This document shows, piece after piece, positions 57,216-64,000 of a DNA stretch of 64,000 nucleotides. The translations under genes and the position numbers were made by a program. The DNA lies in NCBI GenBank assembly GCA_039630235.1, contig JBCNVI010000007.1, positions 20,365 to 84,364 of the forward strand, written 5' to 3'. Source of the stretch: Candidatus Hydrothermales bacterium (GTDB lineage Bacteria; Hydrothermota; Hydrothermia; Hydrothermales; JAJRUZ01). Below the pieces are notes generated by a model, which made no database searches, was not told the DNA's origin, and saw nothing but the letters and a program-made list of their open reading frames with translations. Within the stretch, counting starts at the first letter, position 1; the number at the start of each line of letters is the position of its first letter.

Positions 57216-58076
57216 TTAACTTCCTCCTATTATTTTAACTTTCACTCCTTCTCTTAGAAGTTCTGCTCCATCCAAAACAACAAGATCCTTTTCTGAGATA
57301 CCTTCAACAATCTCTATGTAACCGCCACCTTCAATCCCTGTAATTACGGGCACTCTCTTTGCCACTTCATTTTCAATAACAAATACGGTTTTCTTTACAG
57401 CTCCAAGCACACACTTTGAGGGAACTTTTAATACTCTCTCCTTTTTTAACAGAGTTATCTCAACTTCACAGGGAGAACCTGGTAAGATTTTTTTATCAGA
57501 TTTAAAAAATATTGTAAGTTCAAAATTTCCTGTTAGAGGATCTGAAGTGTTACTTATTTCTCCAATAACTCCCTCAAAATCTTGAGAGTCCACAAAAATT
57601 CTCACCTTTTTGTCCTTAAACATATTTTTATGATATTCATAGGGAAGCGATAGTCTAACCTTGAATTCTTTATCGCCATAGATTCGTGCAAGAGGTTTTT
57701 GAGGAGGTATAAATTCTCCTGGGTCATATTTAAAGTATGAAATTCTTCCAGAGACAGGAGCTTCAATTTTAAAGGGTTCAAACTCAAGCCCAAGATCCCT
57801 TCTTTCAAGTAGTAGTATAATTTCGCCCTTTTTGACATAATCGCCGTCATCTTTTAATTTTCTATAGTAATAACCTGGAATAGGTGTATAAACTAGGATA
57901 TCAGGGTTACCTTCAATACTTGATGAAAATCTTACATTCAAATGGATGTCTCCATAAAAGGGCCTGGTTACGGTAACTGGAACTAAATGCTCCTCCCTTT
58001 CTTTTATATTGTTTTTTTCTTTTTTGCAGGAGACAAAAATTAACATACAAAAGGATATTATAAATAACCTTTTCAT
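57216..58076 (-). CDS. RND efflux periplasmic adaptor (membrane-fusion protein), lipoprotein
   Basis: Lipobox ..CMLIFVSC|KK. Beta-barrel/lipoyl hairpin architecture. Sits between the OMF and RND genes with a 1-nt gap. Confidence 0.75.
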   Translation of the reverse strand: MKRLFIISFCMLIFVSCKKEKNNIKEREEHLVPVTVTRPFYGDIHLNVRFSSSIEGNPDILVYTPIPGYYYRKLKDDGDYVKKGEIILLLERRDLGLEFEPFKIEAPVSGRISYFKYDPGEFIPPQKPLARIYGDKEFKVRLSLPYEYHKNMFKDKKVRIFVDSQDFEGVIGEISNTSDPLTGNFELTIFFKSDKKILPGSPCEVEITLLKKERVLKVPSKCVLGAVKKTVFVIENEVAKRVPVITGIEGGGYIEIVEGISEKDLVVLDGAELLREGVKVKIIGGS

Positions 58077-58089
58077 TAAGTCCCCCTTT

Positions 58090-59370
58090 TTAAAAAGTTA
58101 AGCTTACTCCATAAAGGATGGATTCATATTTAATTTTACTCTCTTTTAATTTAAATAAAGATGCAAAGTAGAGGATATGTGCTTCTAATGATTTTCTTAA
58201 TGTATCAAGGAAATCGCTATTTGAGATGTAGCCTTTTTCGTATTGGCTTTTTGATATCTTAATTGATTTTTCAGCAAGTTCTACTGTTTTCTGAGCAGAT
58301 TCATAGGCTCTAATTGCAGCTCTAAACTCTCTTTTTGCAGAACTTATTTCTTCCTCACTTTTTTTTCTTAAAAACTCAAGAATATATTCAACTGCCTTTT
58401 TTTCAGAATCTTTTTTTCTTATTTCGTCCATTTTTTTTCCAAAGTCAAATAGGTCTAAGGATAAACCGATGTAATATTGAAAATAGGAGCCCCATTCATC
58501 TTTAAAAAATCCATAGGGTTTTCCATAAACATAATTTATACTTCCAAAAACTTTTGGTAGGAAATTTGAATAAGCTGATTTTTTACTATATTCTAAATAT
58601 TCCACGTTTTTGCTTAGCATCTCTAAATCAATTCTTTTTATACTTTTTTCGCTAAGCATCGTGTCAACCTCCAGGGAATCCACTAAAACAACTTCTTCTT
58701 CATGACTGATATTACAAAAAGTTTTTATAAGAGAAAGGACTTTATTATAGTTTTTTTCAAAGTCAGAGAGGGTGGTCTCTAAATTCTTTTTTTCAACTTC
58801 GCTTCTTAATACATCAAGTTCCACGGTAAAGCCAGCTTCATATCTTTTTTTTGCAATTTTAACATGTTCATCAAGTATTCCAATAATTTCTTTATATTTT
58901 TCAATGGCAGCTTTTAAAAATAAACCTTGATTATATAAGATTCTTACTGTAAACTCAATTTCTTTTTCTTTTAACTCTTTTTCTTTAGTCTTAGAATCCC
59001 TGAGAGTATTAACCATTTTCAAAAGGTAAAATCTCTGCAAACTAGAAAATAAGAGCCACTCTAAAGAGATATTTAAAATTCTTCTTTCTGGTCTTCCAAA
59101 TTCAACTTCAACTGGTTTAAAAATGGGCTCAAAAGTAACAGGATCGATGCCAACTAAAACATACTGTGTAATTTTATCAACAAAGGTGGAATAGGAGTAT
59201 GTAAAGTTAGATTTTATCTCTGGTAAAAAAGACTTAATAACTTGGTTTCTACTGAAATTTAGAGCCCTTACTTCCTCAATTTTAGATTTTATAATTGGAT
59301 TTGATAGAGAAAGTTCAACTGCCTTTTCCTCGCTAAGATGTATTACTGAAATTAAGAGGAGTTCTATCAT
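58090..59370 (-). CDS. TolC-like outer-membrane efflux protein
   Basis: 426 aa with two repeated coiled-coil/beta halves typical of OEP. First gene of the OMF-MFP-RND operon. Confidence 0.65.
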   Translation of the reverse strand: MIELLLISVIHLSEEKAVELSLSNPIIKSKIEEVRALNFSRNQVIKSFLPEIKSNFTYSYSTFVDKITQYVLVGIDPVTFEPIFKPVEVEFGRPERRILNISLEWLLFSSLQRFYLLKMVNTLRDSKTKEKELKEKEIEFTVRILYNQGLFLKAAIEKYKEIIGILDEHVKIAKKRYEAGFTVELDVLRSEVEKKNLETTLSDFEKNYNKVLSLIKTFCNISHEEEVVLVDSLEVDTMLSEKSIKRIDLEMLSKNVEYLEYSKKSAYSNFLPKVFGSINYVYGKPYGFFKDEWGSYFQYYIGLSLDLFDFGKKMDEIRKKDSEKKAVEYILEFLRKKSEEEISSAKREFRAAIRAYESAQKTVELAEKSIKISKSQYEKGYISNSDFLDTLRKSLEAHILYFASLFKLKESKIKYESILYGVSLTF

Positions 59371-59399
59371 TTTTACCTCCTTGATTTATTTTAAAAAGT

Positions 59400-60044
59400 T
59401 CAAGATAAAATTTTGGAGCAAAATTCTTCAACTGGGCAAATTTCACAGCGGGGTTTTATGGACTTACATATCCCTTGGCCAAAGGCAACTAAAGCTTTAT
59501 TTATTCTTTTCCAATACTTCTTTTTAAATAGAGCTTTAAGTTCTTTCTCCGTTTCTTCAGGTTTTTTTGTTTTTACCCATCCAAGTCTATTAGATATCCT
59601 ATGAACATGTGTATCAACACATATTTCATCCCTTTTAAAAACTTCCTGAAGGACAAGATTAGCTACTTTTCTTCCCACTCCTGGTAACTTAACAAGCTCA
59701 TCAAATTTATCCGGTATTTTACCCGAGTGTTCGTTCAGAATGACCTCAGCTAACTTTTTCAGTGATTTTGCCTTGTTTCTATAAAAACCAACAGGATATA
59801 TAATTTTTTCTAATTCATCTAATTTAATTTCTCTTAAATCGTTAAAATTTTTTATCCTTTTTAAAAAATTTTCTAAGACCCTTGCTGTTACTTCATCTTT
59901 AGTTCTTGCAGATAATATTGCGGAGATTAAAATTGAAAATTCTGAATTGCCTTTGATTTTTTTAAGAGAATTTATAGGAACCTCTAAGTTCTTTGAATGT
60001 TCTTCAATTTTTTCAAAGACAAGTTCTGGCAATGACTTTTTCAT
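59400..60044 (-). CDS. nth: Endonuclease III (DNA-(apurinic/apyrimidinic site) lyase)
   Basis: HhH-GPD motif LPGVGRKVANLVL. Catalytic K/D. C-terminal [4Fe-4S] C-x6-C-x2-C-x5-C (CKSIKPRCEICPVEEFC). Confidence 0.8.
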   Translation of the reverse strand: MKKSLPELVFEKIEEHSKNLEVPINSLKKIKGNSEFSILISAILSARTKDEVTARVLENFLKRIKNFNDLREIKLDELEKIIYPVGFYRNKAKSLKKLAEVILNEHSGKIPDKFDELVKLPGVGRKVANLVLQEVFKRDEICVDTHVHRISNRLGWVKTKKPEETEKELKALFKKKYWKRINKALVAFGQGICKSIKPRCEICPVEEFCSKILS

Positions 60045-60553
60045 ATAGAAATACCCTCAAGTTCTAGTAATCTCTTTTTCCATTGGGTGCCGTGTGAGAA
60101 TCCAGAAATACCATTCTTTCCAACTACTCTATGACAGGGAATTACTATAGGAAAGGGATTTTTATTTAAGCACCTTCCCACTGCCCTTTTAAAGTTTTCA
60201 CCCCCAATCCTTTTGGCAAGTTCAGAATAGGTAATCTTAGTTCCCCATTTTACTTTTAATAACTCCTCAAACACCCTTTTTTGGAAATCACTTAATATCC
60301 TATAATCAATCAATTTTTTAGAATTTTCAAAATCTTCACTTTTTCCTGAAAGATAATTTTCAAATTCTTTAATAATTTTAAAAAACTTTTTGCTTATTTT
60401 GCCCTCAACTTCAAATTTACTGAAACTTTGTAAACTTGAAAGTTCAATTTTTTTTATTTTTTTGTTTTCAAATTTTATTAAAATTTTTCCTATTTTAGAT
60501 TTTAAGCTAACTGTGAAGTCTTTCATAAATAATTTCAGCAAGTTTTTTTCCAA
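60041..60553 (-). CDS. ogt: Methylated-DNA--protein-cysteine methyltransferase
   Basis: Active site IPCHRVV (PCHR). HTH ..TYSELAKRIG... 170 aa. Confidence 0.8.
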   Translation of the reverse strand: MEKNLLKLFMKDFTVSLKSKIGKILIKFENKKIKKIELSSLQSFSKFEVEGKISKKFFKIIKEFENYLSGKSEDFENSKKLIDYRILSDFQKRVFEELLKVKWGTKITYSELAKRIGGENFKRAVGRCLNKNPFPIVIPCHRVVGKNGISGFSHGTQWKKRLLELEGISI

Positions 60554-62312
60554 TACCCTTTACTTTAGAAATTTCATCAACACTTGCGCCCTTTAATCTT
60601 TCAATTGATCCAAAGTATTTAAGAATTTCGATCTTTTTTTTCTCACCTATTCCTGGAATTCCGTCAAGTTCAGAAATTCTAATTTTTTTTACCATTTTAT
60701 CTCTGTGATAAGTTAGCGCAAATCTATGAGCTTCATTTCTTATACTTCTTAAAAGTTTAATTGCATCAGATTTTTTGGGAATCATGACTAATTTATTATC
60801 GGGAAAATAAAGTTGATCAAAGGTTTTAGCGAAGGCGCAAACTTTAACGTCAGTTATATTAAGCTCATTTAATGCTTTCAGGGCGGCAGAAAGTTGTGCC
60901 TTTCCTCCATCAACTATAAAAAGATCCGGAAACTTTTCATTCTCCTCTTTTAACCTCTTAAATCTTCTCTTAACAACTTCATAAACCATATGTGGATCTG
61001 ACTTTATATCCTCTGTCTTTATTTTAAACTTTCTATAAAGCTTTTTTTCTTTTTTACCATTTTTAAATACAACGATAGCAGCAACCCTTTCATCACCAAA
61101 TGAATGCGATACATCTAAACATTCAATATGTAACGGATAAAAAGTTAAATTTAAATTTTCTTTAAGTTCAACAACTGATTTTGATATGATTGTTTTACCC
61201 TTTTTCTCACTGTAGTATTCTTCTAATTTATACTCAGCATTCTCCTTTGCCATCTTAATAAGTTTTTCCTCTTTTTCATCTTTTGGCTCCCTAAAGCTTA
61301 TATTAATATTTCTTTTAATCTTAAGAGCTCCCTCTATTTCATAGTAATCTTCTCTTAATTTTTCAACTATAACCTCCTCAGATCCAATAATTCCAGAGAG
61401 GTAATATTGAGAGATGAAAGAAAAAAGTATATCCTTTTCATCAGAAGAGATAGGATTGTCAAGGATAAAGCTTTCCATGTCAATTAATTTTCCATTTCTT
61501 ACGCGTAATATACAGACTGAGGCGTATGGATAGTATGAGCAAGCTGCAAGGACATCTATAGATTTTCTTTCGTCTAGTACAGCACTTTGACTTCTTGATA
61601 TTTCTCTTATCGAATATAAAATATCTTTCAATCTTGCAGCTTTTTCAAACTCTAAATTTTCTTTAAGCTTTTCGATTTCGTCTAAAAGATAATCTTCTAC
61701 ACTTTTTGTATTTCCGGTAAAGAAAAAAACTAATTTTTTTACGATTTCCCTATATTCTTCAGGGTTTACAAGACCACTAACGCAGGGACCTAAACATCTT
61801 TTTAAGTCATAATCAAGGCAGGGGTTTATTTTTCTTTTTGATGGTAGGGTGTATTTGCACGTTCTAATTGGGAAGATCTTTAGGGCAACTCTTAACGCCT
61901 TTCTTAGAGATTTAGCTGAGTGAAAGGGTCCTATAAGAAGTGAACCATCATCTCTAAGATCTCGTGTTGTAAAAATTCTTGGAAAAATTTCATTTACAGT
62001 TATTTTAATATAGGGATATTTTTTATCATCTCTTAATCTTATATTAAATTTAGGTTTTTTACTTTTTATCAGGTTATTTTCTAAAAGGAGAGCTTCAGGT
62101 TCGGAGGCGGTTGTTATAAATTGGAACGTGTGTATCTTATTTAGCATAAGTCTTAATCTTGGGTTTTCATATTCCATAGTCATGTGGGTTTTTATTCTTT
62201 CTCTTAAATTTCTCGCTTTACCTACGTATAGTAAATTCCCCTTTTTATCGAAAAAAAGGTAGACTCCAGGTTTTTCTGGGATATTATTTAGATTTTCTTT
62301 TCTAAACTCCAT
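60507..62312 (-). CDS. uvrC: Excinuclease ABC subunit C
   Basis: N-terminal GIY-YIG GVYLFFDKKGNLLYVGKARNLRERI. UvrBC-interaction region. RNaseH-like endonuclease domain. C-terminal (HhH)2 ..IPGIGEKKKIEIL..VKGIGKKLAEII. Confidence 0.85.
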   Translation of the reverse strand: MEFRKENLNNIPEKPGVYLFFDKKGNLLYVGKARNLRERIKTHMTMEYENPRLRLMLNKIHTFQFITTASEPEALLLENNLIKSKKPKFNIRLRDDKKYPYIKITVNEIFPRIFTTRDLRDDGSLLIGPFHSAKSLRKALRVALKIFPIRTCKYTLPSKRKINPCLDYDLKRCLGPCVSGLVNPEEYREIVKKLVFFFTGNTKSVEDYLLDEIEKLKENLEFEKAARLKDILYSIREISRSQSAVLDERKSIDVLAACSYYPYASVCILRVRNGKLIDMESFILDNPISSDEKDILFSFISQYYLSGIIGSEEVIVEKLREDYYEIEGALKIKRNINISFREPKDEKEEKLIKMAKENAEYKLEEYYSEKKGKTIISKSVVELKENLNLTFYPLHIECLDVSHSFGDERVAAIVVFKNGKKEKKLYRKFKIKTEDIKSDPHMVYEVVKRRFKRLKEENEKFPDLFIVDGGKAQLSAALKALNELNITDVKVCAFAKTFDQLYFPDNKLVMIPKKSDAIKLLRSIRNEAHRFALTYHRDKMVKKIRISELDGIPGIGEKKKIEILKYFGSIERLKGASVDEISKVKGIGKKLAEIIYERLHS

Positions 62313-62359
62313 AGGTTAAATTTTATCAGTCTAAGTGTTTATTTTCAAATTATGAGATT

Positions 62360-62806
62360 CTATTCTTCTCCCTTAAGTTTTCTTCTTTTTTCTTTTCTAT
62401 ATTCTTTCAAAATTTTTCTTATTTCCTTAAATTTTTCACTTCCCAATTTTTCATAGACTTTTTTAAAACTTCTAATTTGCTTTAATCTTAGTTCTTCATT
62501 GAGGTTTGATATTTCTTTTATGATTTTTTCAATTTTATCAAAGTCAATTTTTTCAGAGTTTATTATTTCTTGTATCTCAATTTCTTTGATTTTTATATTT
62601 GATTTAATTTTTTCGGTTTCTTTTTCTAGTTCAAAATAAGCAGATTTCAAGAATTCTACTTCTTCTTTTGAAAGATTTGCTTCTTTTTGGATATCTTCGT
62701 TAAGAGCTATAGATCTTAAAATTATTTCAGGGCTTTTTTTTATTAAAAATCTACGAACAGCTTCTTCATGGAATAAAAGAATTAAAGGTATTATTAAGGC
62801 ACTCAT
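62360..62806 (-). CDS. Hypothetical K/E-rich coiled-coil protein (possibly Spy/CpxP-like periplasmic)
   Basis: 148 aa. Hydrophobic N-terminus, heptad-like charged repeats. No catalytic motif. Confidence 0.4.
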   Translation of the reverse strand: MSALIIPLILLFHEEAVRRFLIKKSPEIILRSIALNEDIQKEANLSKEEVEFLKSAYFELEKETEKIKSNIKIKEIEIQEIINSEKIDFDKIEKIIKEISNLNEELRLKQIRSFKKVYEKLGSEKFKEIRKILKEYRKEKRRKLKGEE

Positions 62807-62825
62807 AGCGCTAATTTAATCTGAT

Positions 62826-62839
62826 AGGGTTTGAACCCT
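62826..62839 (-). other. tRNA T-arm-like palindromic element (minus strand AGGGTTCAAACCCT), 19 nt upstream of the start of the 62360..62806 gene
   Basis: Plus strand AGGGTTTGAACCCT. Same spacing to the start codon as the plus-strand copies. Confidence 0.25.
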
Positions 62840-62894
62840 TTAATATATTGACGGAATTTAAATTAAATTTGTTCATTTTTTATAATTATTTAGA

Positions 62895-63920
62895 GTGAAA
62901 AAGGCGAAAAAAGAAAGAAAAAGATGTAAAAGGCATCCTGAAAAATTTTTAGTAAGAAAGTGTTTCAGATGTAAAAGGGAAATTTGCTCTTCTTGTGCCA
63001 AAAAAAAGTTTAAACACTTTTTTTGTTCAAATAAGTGTAGCTATTTATATTTGCTTGATAATTTCAAAAAAAGTCTAAGGAAGAAAAAGATCTATAAAGA
63101 TCCCCTTTCGTATCCACTTTTAAGAGTTTTGTTTTTTATGTTTTTCTTTTTATTTGTAATATCTATTTATCTTTTATACAAAAAACCGACTATTGAGATG
63201 AAGGAATATTTTATAAAGAAGATTCTGGTAAAAGAAAAAGAAGTTAGACACTTTTATGATGGCTCAATAAAAAGGTTTAATACTGACAAAAAAGAGATAT
63301 ATTTAACCTTTGATGGTGGAAATTATGCTCAGAGGGCAGAGGTTATACTTGATGTATTGAAAGAAAATAATATAAAAGCATCCTTTTTTCTAACAGGGGA
63401 GTTTATTAAAAAATTTCCAGAGATAGTAAAAAGAATAATTAGAGATTCTCACGAAGTTTTAAATCATACTTACTCGCATCCACATCTTACCACTTATGAA
63501 ATAAACGGAAGAAATTTTACAAGAAAGGATATTACACCAGAAAAAGTCTTTGGGGAGCTTTTTAGGACTGAAGAGATATATGAAAAGCTTACGGGAAGAA
63601 AGATGGATTATATTTGGAGAGCCCCCTATGGAGAGGAAAATAAGGAAATAATAAGGTGGGCAAGTAGAATGGGTTATATTCATATAAGATGGTCCTTCGA
63701 CTTTCTTGATTGGAGAAGTGTTGAAGATTATAAAAAAAGATTAAAAGAATTTTTCAAAATAAGGGATAAAAGAGGATATATTTTGCTTTTACATCTTGGT
63801 TCACCTGAAAATGATACCGCAGATTATAGGGTTTTTCTTTCGCATTTAATAAAGGAGCTAAAAAATCAAAAATACGAATTTAAAAAGATTTCAGAAGGGT
63901 TAAGAAAAGTTTACTATTAA
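62895..63920 (+). CDS. Polysaccharide deacetylase (CE4/NodB domain) with an N-terminal Cys-rich zinc-ribbon-like segment and one TM helix
   Basis: GTG start. N-terminal CKRHP..CFRCKREICSSC..CSNKC. TM ..LLRVLFFMFFFLFVISIYLLY. NodB motifs TFDGG (TFDDG-like), ..HEVLNHTYSHPHL.., ..ILLLHLG... Confidence 0.7.
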   Translation: MKKAKKERKRCKRHPEKFLVRKCFRCKREICSSCAKKKFKHFFCSNKCSYLYLLDNFKKSLRKKKIYKDPLSYPLLRVLFFMFFFLFVISIYLLYKKPTIEMKEYFIKKILVKEKEVRHFYDGSIKRFNTDKKEIYLTFDGGNYAQRAEVILDVLKENNIKASFFLTGEFIKKFPEIVKRIIRDSHEVLNHTYSHPHLTTYEINGRNFTRKDITPEKVFGELFRTEEIYEKLTGRKMDYIWRAPYGEENKEIIRWASRMGYIHIRWSFDFLDWRSVEDYKKRLKEFFKIRDKRGYILLLHLGSPENDTADYRVFLSHLIKELKNQKYEFKKISEGLRKVYY

Positions 63921-64000
63921 TTGACCAACAACTAACTTTATTTTATAGTTTAGTAATATCAAAAAAGGGGGGAATGATGAAAAATTATGTGAATGTTTTA

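Overview
This is an AT-rich bacterial chromosomal window. Its proteins are K/E/I-rich (thermophile-like). The cell is probably diderm: it encodes OmpA, TolC-like and PorV/PorQ-like outer-membrane proteins, and several proteins have T9SS-type C-terminal sorting domains. Coding is dense, and the central features are core housekeeping. The main block is a contiguous plus-strand cluster: rpsL-rpsG-fusA-tuf-rpsJ-rplCDWB-rpsS-rplV-rpsC-rplP-rpmC. It stops after L29 and runs straight into mreB-mreC-mreD-mrdA-rodA. Other housekeeping genes are mdh, a gyrA-family gene, purM, a YrdC/Sua5-LMW-phosphatase fusion, rpsT, tyrS, dxr, rseP, a CdsA-family gene, a SurA-like PPIase, porGDAB plus a two-subunit 2-oxoacid:ferredoxin oxidoreductase with a 7Fe ferredoxin, an RND efflux triad, nth-ogt-uvrC and a polysaccharide deacetylase. 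RNA genes are tRNA-Thr(GGU), tRNA-Leu(CAA), tRNA-Glu(UUC), tRNA-Val(GAC) and an orphan 5S rRNA. The 5S gene has its own near-consensus promoter and no adjacent 16S/23S. The 5' ~9 kb is an accessory-looking cluster of secreted, lipo- and outer-membrane proteins, including a 1147-aa protein of unknown function. A second accessory operon (31.9-37.0 kb) encodes an FN3 lipoprotein, a DUF4384-like aromatic/charged-repeat protein, a small secreted protein, an orphan ABC ATPase, a dTDP-glucose-dehydratase-like enzyme and a radical-SAM protein. I found no CRISPR array, transposase or integrase. The most unusual signals are listed here. (1) A recurrent tRNA T-arm-like motif GGTTC(R)AAyCCC sits 19-21 nt upstream of four start codons, with a fifth copy 26 nt upstream of a start codon. 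(2) The thermophile-type EF-Tu loop carries a Cys4 (C-x-C-x4-C-x2-C) zinc-knuckle-like insertion. (3) A diverged ~0.6-0.8 kb tandem duplication spans rodA-3'/hemerythrin/dedA-5'; it leaves a hemerythrin pseudogene and a truncated dedA copy. (4) The S10-operon/mre fusion and the orphan 5S gene.
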